Program-made: the position numbers and the translations under genes | Source of the DNA: a virus | Taxonomy: Duplodnaviria > Heunggongvirae > Uroviricota > Caudoviricetes | Length of the DNA: 64,000 bases | IMG/VR virus record: IMGVR_UViG_3300031418_000001 | Strand: one strand, 5' to 3' | Shown: piece after piece, positions 1-9,140 of the stretch | Layout of the letters: every line of letters starts with the position of its first letter | Position numbering within the stretch: the stretch's first letter is position 1 | Notes under the pieces: model-generated | What the model saw: the letters and a program-made list of their open reading frames with translations, nothing else | What the model was told of the DNA's origin: nothing | The model's database searches: none

Positions 1-316
1 GTTCCATCAATCTAAAACAGAATAAAGAATCAGGTGAAAGTACTCGCTCAGTACAATTCATCTACATTCGTACCTTTTGGGATGAACCCAAGAAACAGTA
101 CACGTACATGATTGAAACCGCAGAAGATGGATGTTCATCAAGTTTCCAAGGTGTACGCAGTAACGTATACGATGCATTCAAGTTCGCGGAAACGTTGAAA
201 TCAGATACAGTACATGTGACAAAGTACGATACTGTTAGTGGTGAAGAACTTTGTCACTACGGTTTTCGCTGGAATCAGAAACCGGACTTTGAACGTTGCA
301 AAAAAGATCTCAATGA

Positions 317-649
317 ATGAAAAAGAAAAATGTAAAGAAGATACTTGAAGTACTTAATGATTTGAAATCGGGTACAATATCAAAGCCGAATCATGGTATC
401 TGTATTAATCTCATGTTTACATTGGATTGTACTGATTGTATCTCTGAATTTACTAATCAAGCATTCACGCAAATTTACGGAAATGAAGACTCATATCCAA
501 TTGAAGGTAATTCATTGGGTTATATTCAGAATAAGGATAAGTGGAATCCTGATACTGAGTATGGTAAAAAGCGTTTAGAATTGCTTGATAAACTCATTGA
601 GTTCGCGGAAGGTAAATTATGCAAAACAAACTATTTGTATTCACTATAA
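317..649 (+). CDS. hypothetical protein, paralogue of 1328..1657 and 61392..61811
   Basis: Shares GICxNL, YP(I/V)EG and KWNPDTx(Y/F)GKKRLEL with 1328..1657. Confidence 0.8.
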   Translation: MKKKNVKKILEVLNDLKSGTISKPNHGICINLMFTLDCTDCISEFTNQAFTQIYGNEDSYPIEGNSLGYIQNKDKWNPDTEYGKKRLELLDKLIEFAEGKLCKTNYLYSL

Positions 650-808
650 AACGTACTTATGCAGATAAGGTACGTGAAAGTAAGTATCAAATACCTGCAA
701 AAAATCGTGATGAAGCACTGATCAAATTAGGTCAGAATTTCAACAACGCAAAAGATGAATATGAACTGGAATTGTTAGAGGGTTAATCCAACATTTTCAG
801 TACTTAAT

Positions 809-831
809 TAGAGGCTTCGGCCTCTTTTTTT
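809..831 (+). terminator. intrinsic terminator
   Basis: AGAGGC TTCG GCCTCT followed by a T run. Confidence 0.85.
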
Positions 832-905
832 TGGTCTAAATTTTGGTTGCATTAGGCTGGTGGTTCAGATATAATTTTATAAAATTTACTAATTAAGAAA
901 TCGAA

Positions 906-1331
906 ATGACCCGCATTAATCTTGTACCAGTTCAGGAACTTGCAGATCAACACCTCATGGCTGAGTACCGTGAATTACCTCGCATTTTTGGTGCAGTACG
1001 TAAACATGTACAGGGTGAGAAGAAAGTAAAAGATTTCAACATATCTAATACATACCTATTGGGTACTGGACACGTGACCTTTTTCTACGACAAACTAAAA
1101 TTCCTTGCTGATCGTCATTACGATTTAGTACTTGAATGCTTAAGACGTGGTATCAATATCTCTAACACCGGAATAAATGACATTTCAGATATTCCTGATG
1201 AATGGTGCAGTACTTATATACCAACAGATAAAGATATTGAACTATCACGTTCTCGTATTTTAGAGAAGATTCAGGCTAAGCCTGAGTTCTATCGCTGGAC
1301 TTCAACTAATAAACCACTATGGGTACAATGA
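906..1331 (+). CDS. denV: endonuclease V (pyrimidine-dimer DNA glycosylase/AP lyase)
   Basis: MTRINL...[15 protein letters not shown] and [13 protein letters not shown] match T4 DenV. Confidence 0.95.
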   Translation: MTRINLVPVQELADQHLMAEYRELPRIFGAVRKHVQGEKKVKDFNISNTYLLGTGHVTFFYDKLKFLADRHYDLVLECLRRGINISNTGINDISDIPDEWCSTYIPTDKDIELSRSRILEKIQAKPEFYRWTSTNKPLWVQ

Positions 1332-1657
1332 TGAAAGAAGAACGCATTCTGGAAGCTCTCAAGCTGCTTAAACGTGGTGTAGTACCACGGCGGGAGTACG
1401 GTATCTGTATGAACCTGGATATTCTTCTGCATGATATTGATGGCTCTGATTACATCATGACGTACTTTGATGAATGGTTCGGTAACAAAGCTGCCTATCC
1501 AGTAGAAGGTAAGCAACGTACCGACAAATCCGACCTGAACAAAGTAGGTTATGAGAATAACCCCGAAAAGTGGAATCCAGACACTAAATTCGGTAAGAAA
1601 CGTCTTGAACTGGTACAGCGTCTTATTGATACTATTGAGGAAAAAATAAATGCCTGA
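1328..1657 (+). CDS. hypothetical protein, paralogue of 317..649
   Basis: [26 protein letters not shown]. Confidence 0.8.
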   Translation: MMKEERILEALKLLKRGVVPRREYGICMNLDILLHDIDGSDYIMTYFDEWFGNKAAYPVEGKQRTDKSDLNKVGYENNPEKWNPDTKFGKKRLELVQRLIDTIEEKINA

Positions 1658-2027
1658 ATATAAAGTACGTGTAAATTTTCAGGGATATGTTCGAGGTCAC
1701 TCTATTGTAACCGTACAAGCAGATTCTGAAGAAGAAGCACTCAATAAAGTACATTACATTGATGAAAGTACTATAAATCTTGCACGTAATGATACTGAGA
1801 TTACTGATAAAGAGATTGAATAATGAGAAGAGATGAAGAACGTGACAGCCGCAGTGATTTACTTGAATGCAAAGAACGTATCAAGCGAATCCTGCGTGAA
1901 TATAACTGTGAAATCAGCAGTACTTATGATTACAGTACCTTATATATCCGAGACAGAGACAATGATGAACGGGTAGGTTTAGACGAAAACGACGACTTTT
2001 AAGTACTTATAATTATAGTACATTTTT

Positions 2028-2056
2028 CTGAAACAATCTGAAAGATGTGCTATACT
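2028..2056 (+). promoter_or_regulatory. TGAAAC/TATACT-class promoter
   Basis: CTGAAAC...TGTGCTATACT; one of 8 similar copies. Confidence 0.7.
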
Positions 2057-2059
2057 TAT

Positions 2060-2590
2060 AGTGTACAACTCTGATTGGCTTCACTGCAAGTGAAGATAAA
2101 ATAGAACCTGATCCTATCGAAAACGTAGATGGCAGATGAGCAGACCAACAGTGCGATGAGCAAATTAGACCCGTGGTGATTTTTACAGAACACGGCAATG
2201 TGGCTCAATAAAGAACCGGATAATACCCCGTAGGTTCCTCGATAGACATATAAGGCTTTGAACCTTACCAAATGGTATAAGGGAATCTAAGGTACTTTAC
2301 TTAGTCAAGCACTCACTCTGTTTACAATATAGTTGTATCCAGAATTTGAGTGGTACTTTAGATGCTTATCAATATAGTTCATGTTGTGTTGATAAGTAGT
2401 GTAGTGATGAACTACGACCGTTGCATATGAACAGAGATAGGAAGAAACAGGGCAACCCGCTTCCGTGCTTAGTGTAATTCTCTACATGAAATGTATGACG
2501 CACCAACGTCAGGTACAATATTCGTCCCTCCAGTGGGGGATGGAAATGTATTCAGAAACCACGTCAAGTATGATTGGTTAAACTACTTAA
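2060..2590 (+). ncRNA. candidate large structured ncRNA (~530 nt)
   Basis: ORF-free, GC-richer than flanks, directly after a promoter, many hairpins. Confidence 0.55.
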
Positions 2591-2628
2591 TAATAATTAT
2601 AATAGATCTGAATTGATATGAGTACTGA

Positions 2629-3051
2629 ATGAACGTAGTGAATTCAATACGAATGAAATTCTTGACTTACGTAGTAAGGCAACTAAAAATGAGTTATAAT
2701 AAATTAGAAACCCAAGAATTAATAAAAAAATATATTTCCTTAAAATATAATATTGATATTCCTTCTTTTAATGCAGTTCTTACTATAGGTGAGAGTAAGA
2801 ATGTTTACTTTCTTGAATTAATATATCATGGTATCTGGTATTCAATAAGTAACAAACATCCGTTAATGATTCAAGAAAGTAAACAAAAGGGTTCAAGACT
2901 TCTTTATGTAGATGATATTGGGTTAACTAAAGAAGAATATTTTAATTATTCCATAATGTATAATTTCCTTGAAATTATACGTCTTGAAAATGTGAAAGAA
3001 CTAACTGAATTCATTTATAATGAACTTCTACCTTTAGTACTGGATAAGTAA
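2629..3051 (+). CDS. FN-motif paralogue family protein
   Basis: C-terminal TKEEYFNYSIMY. Confidence 0.75.
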   Translation: MNVVNSIRMKFLTYVVRQLKMSYNKLETQELIKKYISLKYNIDIPSFNAVLTIGESKNVYFLELIYHGIWYSISNKHPLMIQESKQKGSRLLYVDDIGLTKEEYFNYSIMYNFLEIIRLENVKELTEFIYNELLPLVLDK

Positions 3052-3052
3052 T

Positions 3053-3394
3053 ATGAAAAAAGATTATGGAAAATTCAAAAAGTATCTAAAAGACGAATTT
3101 AATTATGTACCTGATGGTATCTATTTCGACTTATTTGATATAGAACCAAGCTCATATTATTTTGAATTTGCATCCAGTACTAATATTCTAATTATCGAAG
3201 AAGATAAGGTTGAATTAACTGAATATGATAATCCACTAAATGTCATACATTTCAGCAGTAATGGTACAAGTACCGATGAGTACTTTAATCTTTATTTGAT
3301 TGATGAATTGGCAATTTTATCTAAAGTTGAAAATGTACAAAAATTAAGAAACCACATGAAAGAACAATTGTTGGCGGATTTGATAAAATGGTAG
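3053..3394 (+). CDS. FN-motif paralogue family protein
   Basis: STDEYFNLYLID. Confidence 0.75.
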   Translation: MKKDYGKFKKYLKDEFNYVPDGIYFDLFDIEPSSYYFEFASSTNILIIEEDKVELTEYDNPLNVIHFSSNGTSTDEYFNLYLIDELAILSKVENVQKLRNHMKEQLLADLIKW

Positions 3395-3825
3395 ATTTAG
3401 TAGATGAACGTTCAGAAGAATTAAAGAGACACTGGCTTGATGTTGAAAAGTACATTGAAAACGAACTTGGTTTTAAAATTAAAAATTTTATATGCGGTGT
3501 TAATGATGGTGGTTCTATGGTTCAATTTGAAATCAAAGAACAGAGATTTTTAATTGATCAAAAGAAAATCATAGAAAGTACCTTTGACTCAGGATACGCA
3601 CATCATCTTGTAACTCGCAGGATGGAAAGTGGTTTTAGTAATGATGAATTCTTTAATATGTCATTACAAGATGAAGTAAGTGAAGTACTGAAAGAAGAAA
3701 ATATCTCTAAAATACGAAAGTATATTAAAGATGCTTTGCAAAATTATGTATCGTACCTGATTGAACTTGAAGGTCATATAAAGTTTAAAAATAAAGATGG
3801 AGAAGAAACAAATGAAAAGTCTTAA
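3388..3825 (+). CDS. FN-motif paralogue family protein
   Basis: SNDEFFNMSLQD. Confidence 0.75.
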   Translation: MVDLVDERSEELKRHWLDVEKYIENELGFKIKNFICGVNDGGSMVQFEIKEQRFLIDQKKIIESTFDSGYAHHLVTRRMESGFSNDEFFNMSLQDEVSEVLKEENISKIRKYIKDALQNYVSYLIELEGHIKFKNKDGEETNEKS

Positions 3826-4078
3826 AGAAATGTTTAAAGCACTACCTGGAAACGTCCTTACTGAACTGAAAGCAGAGAAAGATAAGCTAAGTCTGAACTC
3901 TGTAACTAAACGTGTAGTACTGGCGGTACTGTTCCTGATTGTTACCTCTGTTCTCGGTGCAATTATTACTGGAGTATTCAGTACTGGTATCATTTCCTCT
4001 GTTCTGATGATTCTGGTAGTAACCGTTCTGCTGACAGTCTATCAAGTACTTGATCGTGCAATTGATAAAAGTGCTTAA
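3812..4078 (+). CDS. membrane protein (2 TM)
   Basis: Two hydrophobic segments; start set at ATG 3812. Confidence 0.7.
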   Translation: MKSLKEMFKALPGNVLTELKAEKDKLSLNSVTKRVVLAVLFLIVTSVLGAIITGVFSTGIISSVLMILVVTVLLTVYQVLDRAIDKSA

Positions 4079-4085
4079 TTGATTA

Positions 4086-4110
4086 AAGGGGAGCTTAGGC
4101 TCCCTTTTTT
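4086..4110 (+). terminator. intrinsic terminator
   Basis: GGGGAGC TTAG GCTCCCT followed by a T run. Confidence 0.85.
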
Positions 4111-4112
4111 AT

Positions 4113-4505
4113 TTGAGGTACTTTATGCCAACATTTAAATCCCTTTATGAAGTAAAATTAGAAGACTTAACCTTAGATAAGTTCATTGAAGATGGATTAT
4201 CTTATTATAAAGAATATAGCGATTTCAGGTTATACATACATAATAATGTTATGGAATTCTATCATCTTTCATCAACAAGAAAAAACTTTATAATTACTAC
4301 ATTCACCAATGGGTTAATAAAAGATAGTTCAGTGAATAGTTTTTGGCATATGCCATTAGATCCTATTCAAAATAAAGATGACCTTTTTAATATATCAGTA
4401 CAAAAAGATACTTATGATTTAGATTTAGATATTATCAGATACATTGAAAGTATTATTAAAGAAGTTCGTAAGAACTTTTATGATGAATTAAACAACCTGA
4501 GATAA
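4113..4505 (+). CDS. FN-motif paralogue family protein
   Basis: NKDDLFNISVQK; start may be ATG 4125. Confidence 0.75.
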   Translation: MRYFMPTFKSLYEVKLEDLTLDKFIEDGLSYYKEYSDFRLYIHNNVMEFYHLSSTRKNFIITTFTNGLIKDSSVNSFWHMPLDPIQNKDDLFNISVQKDTYDLDLDIIRYIESIIKEVRKNFYDELNNLR

Positions 4506-4508
4506 AAA

Positions 4509-4910
4509 ATGAATGGATCACCTGAAATAATCAGACGTTTTCTTGATAGTACTATCATAGAATTAAATGTGGACTTAATTAGCAGGGAAAAATTCTCAAG
4601 AAATTCTTACCATCTTAATTACCGTAGTGGGAAAAATTCAATAATGGCATTTGTTAACTCATTTGTAATAGCAAATGATGTTTTCATTAAAGAATGCAAA
4701 ATAGATCCAATACATGAAATATTTGAAATACATTTTAATAGAACACGTGAAATGAAGGTTGAACTCCTACATATCCATGACAAAACTGATTTCTTTAATT
4801 ATATTGTACAGAATGAAGCCCCTGGTATGACCTATGATGATGTGCTAAAAATAAAGCTAATTATTGAAAAGATGAATGCAGAAGTTTACCGTAAGTGGAA
4901 TAGATTATGA
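4509..4910 (+). CDS. FN-motif paralogue family protein
   Basis: DKTDFFNYIVQN. Confidence 0.75.
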   Translation: MNGSPEIIRRFLDSTIIELNVDLISREKFSRNSYHLNYRSGKNSIMAFVNSFVIANDVFIKECKIDPIHEIFEIHFNRTREMKVELLHIHDKTDFFNYIVQNEAPGMTYDDVLKIKLIIEKMNAEVYRKWNRL

Positions 4911-5263
4911 TGAATCTACAACGTTTAAAAACAGAACTGGATGTTTCTCATATAAAAAAAGTAGGATTCCGGCCATTATCTAATTTCTATCTTTATGAAA
5001 ATCCAAAAATTCTTATAGAAATTAAAGATGGGAAAGTTATTTTTTATCTTGGTGATGGTCATTTAATATCTGAGGGTAATTTACTTGTTATCAGTTCAAT
5101 GAGTTCAGCTATAAGTACTTTAATTGATATTAAGGGAATTGATAAAGACCAATTGTTTAATGAATCACTTATTCAAGAGCTTTATGGTTTAGATATGGAT
5201 TGTATTAATATTATCAATGAAGTACTGAATATTGTTAAAGAGGTAAAGTTAAAAAATGATTGA
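4907..5263 (+). CDS. FN-motif paralogue family protein
   Basis: DKDQLFNESLIQ. Confidence 0.75.
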   Translation: MMNLQRLKTELDVSHIKKVGFRPLSNFYLYENPKILIEIKDGKVIFYLGDGHLISEGNLLVISSMSSAISTLIDIKGIDKDQLFNESLIQELYGLDMDCINIINEVLNIVKEVKLKND

Positions 5264-5633
5264 CTATAACCAGATTATGCAAGACCTGCCAGTACAGAAC
5301 TTTATTAAAAGTAACTTTAAACGTGATCCTGATTATATGGGATACAGCTATAAAATACAAAATGTAAGATGTATTGTTTCTGAATCATTTATATCCTTTC
5401 CTACTATTGAAGGGAAATTTTATCTTACAATAGGTAATTATCCAGAAGCTGCATTTCATGCTGAAAAACTTGAAGATGATTGGGGTTTTGAATTAAATGA
5501 TATTCATTCTAATGCTGACCTTTTCAATATCCACGTAGAAAAGAACATGTTCGGCATGGACTATAAATTTTGTGAGTACTTAAAGGCATTGCGAGTGCAA
5601 GTCATTAAAGAATTTTTTCCCTGGAAAATGTGA
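5256..5633 (+). CDS. FN-motif paralogue family protein
   Basis: SNADLFNIHVEK. Confidence 0.75.
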   Translation: MIDYNQIMQDLPVQNFIKSNFKRDPDYMGYSYKIQNVRCIVSESFISFPTIEGKFYLTIGNYPEAAFHAEKLEDDWGFELNDIHSNADLFNIHVEKNMFGMDYKFCEYLKALRVQVIKEFFPWKM

Positions 5634-5641
5634 AAAAATTC

Positions 5642-5671
5642 GTGAAACAAAAAAGATTTATGTCCTATACT
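5642..5671 (+). promoter_or_regulatory. TGAAAC/TATACT-class promoter for tRNA-Ser
   Basis: GTGAAACAAAAAAGATTTATGTCCTATACT, identical to 6438..6467. Confidence 0.75.
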
Positions 5672-5681
5672 AATAGTATCA

Positions 5682-5771
5682 GGAGAGTTGGCAGAGTGGT
5701 CTATCGCAAACGCCTACTAAGCGTTCGGGGAGTCAAATCCTCCGTGGGTTCGAATCCCACACTCTCCGCCA
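5682..5771 (+). tRNA. tRNA-Ser with ACU anticodon
   Basis: GGAGAGT/ACTCTCC acceptor, AACGC-CT ACT AA-GCGTT anticodon arm, long variable arm, G73, CCA. Confidence 0.9.
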
Positions 5772-5777
5772 TTTTAT

Positions 5778-5845
5778 GCCCGTCATGGTGGTTCAGAGCC
5801 TCTAAAACTCAAGCAATAAGAGTTCGATTCTCTTACGGTGCACCA
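5778..5845 (+). tRNA. degenerate tRNA-like element, CUA-type loop
   Basis: Good T arm AAGAG-TTCGATT-CTCTT and ACCA end; D arm truncated; loop CTCTAAA. Confidence 0.5.
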
Positions 5846-5893
5846 AATTAATTATGGAGTTAGCTAATGAAATAGACCCGTCCAACTTTAAAA

Positions 5894-6220
5894 ATGTTTC
5901 AATGGGGTAACGATAAATTTTCCCATTTAGGTTATAAGATATTCACTATAGCCTTTTGTAAGAGATTTGATTTATATCTCTTCCACTACAAAGAAGGTTC
6001 CTTCATTCCGAAGCATAAAGACCCTTCGTTCGGTATGAAACATTACCGATTAAATGTAGTACTCAAGAAACCCGATAAAGGTGGAGAGTTTGTTTGTAAG
6101 AATAAGCTATCCCTGTTTAATGGTAGAGTAGTACTGTTCAGAGCAGATACGGAATACCATAAAATAACTAAAATAGAAAAAGGCTCCAGATGGTTGCTTA
6201 GCTTAGGGATAAGATTATGA
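5894..6220 (+). CDS. 2OG-Fe(II) oxygenase family protein
   Basis: HKD...GGEF...H...R pattern. Confidence 0.75.
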   Translation: MFQWGNDKFSHLGYKIFTIAFCKRFDLYLFHYKEGSFIPKHKDPSFGMKHYRLNVVLKKPDKGGEFVCKNKLSLFNGRVVLFRADTEYHKITKIEKGSRWLLSLGIRL

Positions 6221-6441
6221 CTAAAAGATACAGACCGGATATTCATACTGAGTACTCTTGGTACGGTGAATTTGCAGACCACTTTCCTTGTATGAAACAA
6301 GACAAAGACGGTGCGTATGTAACTTTCGAATCTCATAATGTTACAGCTAAGCAGTTACATAACGTAATCGAAAAGAATAAGAAGCTAAAAGCCGAAATTG
6401 AATCTTTGAAAAACGAATTAAATAAGTTGAAAAATTCGTGA
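6217..6441 (+). CDS. hypothetical protein
   Basis: ORF in co-oriented run, C-terminal coiled coil. Confidence 0.65.
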   Translation: MTKRYRPDIHTEYSWYGEFADHFPCMKQDKDGAYVTFESHNVTAKQLHNVIEKNKKLKAEIESLKNELNKLKNS

Positions 6442-6467
6442 AACAAAAAAGATTTATGTCCTATACT
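6438..6467 (+). promoter_or_regulatory. TGAAAC/TATACT-class promoter
   Basis: Exact copy of 5642..5671. Confidence 0.75.
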
Positions 6468-6562
6468 TATAGTGTTGATTATATTTTTATTGTAGTTTTG
6501 TTTTTCATTTTTATTTTCCTCTGATGTTTTATTTTAAGGGTTATGCAAAGTAACCCTTATTT

Positions 6563-6636
6563 GCTTCCTTAGCAAAATTGGCTAATGCACCCGACTTGTA
6601 ATCGGGAGATTCTCGGTTCGAGTCCGAGAGGGAGCA
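6563..6636 (+). tRNA. tRNA-Thr(UGU)
   Basis: Cloverleaf, CCCGA-CT TGT AA-TCGGG. Confidence 0.93.
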
Positions 6637-6657
6637 CAAATTTATATTGGTACTATA

Positions 6658-7083
6658 ATGACAAGAAAAGTTAGTTCTTCAATAAAGTTAACGTATAAAG
6701 TACTTTTAAATAATAAAAAGAACTTCATAACGAAGGATCTAAAGCATTGGAATGATTATAGCTTCGGTAATTACATTACTTTGGCTACTTATAAAGATTA
6801 TGAGATTGAAAAGAGAAATTCAGATCATTATAAAATACGCTTAAGTCCGTACTTTGGACTTTCATTCAAAAATGATACGAATGAATGTCAGATACAGACA
6901 AGAAAATTTGGAGAACCAAAGTCACATTACACCTACATTGATTTGAATATCACTACACGTGATGAATTCTTTAATCATATGATGTGCAATGATATTGGTA
7001 CTCTAACGTTTGAAGATTTAGAAGTACTAAAACAAATTAAAAATTTAACTCTTAAAATTATAAAAGGAAATCTTAATGGCTAA
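6658..7083 (+). CDS. FN-motif paralogue family protein
   Basis: TRDEFFNHMMCN. Confidence 0.75.
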   Translation: MTRKVSSSIKLTYKVLLNNKKNFITKDLKHWNDYSFGNYITLATYKDYEIEKRNSDHYKIRLSPYFGLSFKNDTNECQIQTRKFGEPKSHYTYIDLNITTRDEFFNHMMCNDIGTLTFEDLEVLKQIKNLTLKIIKGNLNG

Positions 7084-7705
7084 AATGACACTTACCCAAG
7101 CATTAGTTGAACTGAAAAAACTTGATTCACAGATCAAACGTAGTACTTCGCAGCAGTTCATCGGGTACGTTACCGGTTCAGGTATTTGGGAAAAAACAAG
7201 TGATCGTCGTCATGCTGATAAAGCACAGGCAGAGAAAGCATATCAAGCTGCACTTGACCAAGTACAGTCACTGATTACTCGCCGTACAACTATCAAGAGT
7301 GCTGTTGTTCAGGCTAACGCTACCACTAAAGTAAAAGTTGGTGATGTAGAAATGACTATTGCGGAAGCAATTGAGCGTAAGAACAGCATCAGTATTCAGC
7401 AATCCCTTTTGGGTACACTGATTAAGCAACATGCAGAGGTTGTTAACACAGTAACCCGTCTGGATCACCAGACCAATACTGAAATCAGTCAGCTTCGTGA
7501 AACACTGTCAAGTACTGGTAAGCTGGATGATACCAAACTGAAGCAGGGTTCAGAAGACATTATGACCAAGCAAAAGGCATCACTTGTTGATCCTAACAAG
7601 CTGTCTGACCTGATTGACAAACTGACTGCTGAAATTGAAGATTTCCTGTCAAACGTTGATGTTGCACTGTCTGTAGCTAACGCTACAACCGAAATCGACG
7701 TGTAG
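7076..7705 (+). CDS. coiled-coil protein, putative partner of the downstream ncRNA
   Basis: Internal repeat MTLTQAL/MTIAEAI, C-terminal FLSNVDVALSVANATTEIDV; predicted all-helical. Confidence 0.8.
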   Translation: MAKMTLTQALVELKKLDSQIKRSTSQQFIGYVTGSGIWEKTSDRRHADKAQAEKAYQAALDQVQSLITRRTTIKSAVVQANATTKVKVGDVEMTIAEAIERKNSISIQQSLLGTLIKQHAEVVNTVTRLDHQTNTEISQLRETLSSTGKLDDTKLKQGSEDIMTKQKASLVDPNKLSDLIDKLTAEIEDFLSNVDVALSVANATTEIDV

Positions 7706-7726
7706 TAATTTTCTGGCACGAGAGTG

Positions 7727-8075
7727 CCAGATTAGTTAAGTACTTTGGCGTATCTACTGACGAGCCAAACAATCACAGTTCTGTATTACCAGCGGAACTG
7801 AAACTACTGGTGAACTATAATGGTTTATTATACTATACATATAAATGATTCCTTTTGGTGGTTGGGGCCAACCTAATCAACCACCGTAACGATCAACGAT
7901 GTAAAGTTTAACTTTTATAAGTTTAAAGATTTATAAGTTTAAAGTTATAAAGTTCCAAAGTTTAACGTACTTAGAGATTCTTCAAATCCTTGGTATTCGG
8001 GAACGGTAACGTGTGATTCTGACCTGGGCTTGCGACAAGGCTGGTAACATAGGTCAAAGTACTTTATTAATCTGG
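7727..8075 (+). ncRNA. candidate ~350-nt ncRNA with internal tandem 7-8 nt repeats
   Basis: ~27-bp closing stem (7727-7753 with 8049-8075); repeat tract at 7887-7968. Confidence 0.7.
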
Positions 8076-8087
8076 TACAAAAAATAC

Positions 8088-8111
8088 AAAGCACCTAAAT
8101 GGTGCTTTTTC
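8088..8111 (+). terminator. intrinsic terminator
   Basis: AAAGCACC TAAAT GGTGCTTTTT. Confidence 0.8.
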
Positions 8112-8130
8112 TATTTCAAAGGTACACTAA

Positions 8131-8415
8131 ATGCAAACTCAAGATTACAAAAATCGGCCTACTATCAAACTACTTACTATGATCTATAAAGTACGTTCTG
8201 AGATTGAAGTACACCGTAAAGCGATTCGTGCGAGCATTAAAGATAAGAAACCCGTTGTTCATCGTCTATCACATATGGTTGTATTAAGTATGTGTCAGGT
8301 GCATCTTGGGCTGATGGAACAACTTTCCGTAAATCTGGCAGCAGTCGATCCAGAACGCGATGAAAAAATTGAAGAACTGTGTCATTTATTTTGGGATCTA
8401 TATGGAACTAAATAA
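8131..8415 (+). CDS. hypothetical protein
   Basis: ORF in co-oriented run. Confidence 0.65.
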   Translation: MQTQDYKNRPTIKLLTMIYKVRSEIEVHRKAIRASIKDKKPVVHRLSHMVVLSMCQVHLGLMEQLSVNLAAVDPERDEKIEELCHLFWDLYGTK

Positions 8416-8914
8416 CTATCTTGATTTTGTAGTAGAACTTAATGAGCACTTAAAGAAGAATAATGGTGATATTCAAACATTTGGTTCTCATGAGTTTAAT
8501 GATAATGAAATTGAATTTCATCGTGAGAAAAACCCTGACGGTACATCTTTTAATTTCGTCAGTACTGGTGAGAATAAAACATACTTCGGAGCAGTTGAAG
8601 TTGAATACTTTAATAGTACTCCAGTTATTTTCCTTCGCTTACCTACTTATTGTGTATTCTATGACGGTAATTATGGTTACGTTAATAAAATGCGTGAAAT
8701 GGCGAAATCACCGATTTATGAATTTAGCACAGTAAAGACACATGTAAAATACTGCAATGATTTAGATGATAGTACTTCATTTCAATACAAACTTGTTGAA
8801 GATAACATCGACAATATTCTTACATTGGTGAAACTTCTTCGTGAAATGGTTGAAACCGACAAGTACGATTCGATTGTGAAAGCACCGTTGAGAGTACAAA
8901 ATAATGTTCAATAA
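8402..8914 (+). CDS. probable FN-motif family protein (divergent)
   Basis: DDSTSFQYKLVE; start set at ATG 8402. Confidence 0.6.
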   Translation: MELNNYLDFVVELNEHLKKNNGDIQTFGSHEFNDNEIEFHREKNPDGTSFNFVSTGENKTYFGAVEVEYFNSTPVIFLRLPTYCVFYDGNYGYVNKMREMAKSPIYEFSTVKTHVKYCNDLDDSTSFQYKLVEDNIDNILTLVKLLREMVETDKYDSIVKAPLRVQNNVQ

Positions 8915-9140
8915 AATTCAGGATGCTAAAATTCTTGTTCGTAATAAAGGTAATTACCGTGAGCTTGACCTTTATGAATTCAAGAATGAAGTATATGCGA
9001 AATTCGGTTCAGGGTACATGAAGATTATGTACGGTAATCTTACTTCTAATGCGAGTTACCGATGGATTGAATTTAGCGGCATCGAAGCTAACTATAAAAA
9101 TTCGGTACTAATCCATGAACAAGTACAAAATACAGAATGA
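8904..9140 (+). CDS. hypothetical protein
   Basis: ORF in co-oriented run. Confidence 0.65.
   Translation: MFNKIQDAKILVRNKGNYRELDLYEFKNEVYAKFGSGYMKIMYGNLTSNASYRWIEFSGIEANYKNSVLIHEQVQNTE

Noticed and set aside
5778-5845. Genome-wide amber recoding
   Set aside because: TAG ends genes at sensible places (7705, 35684, 38332) and ORFs are not fragmented under the standard code
5630-5851. ORFs overlapping RNA genes (5630, 24548, 25916, 25971, 26128, 26410, 29599, 30621, 31970, and 5' extensions at 27399, 32629, 37073)
   Set aside because: They are translations of tRNA or tmRNA sequence and lack RBSs
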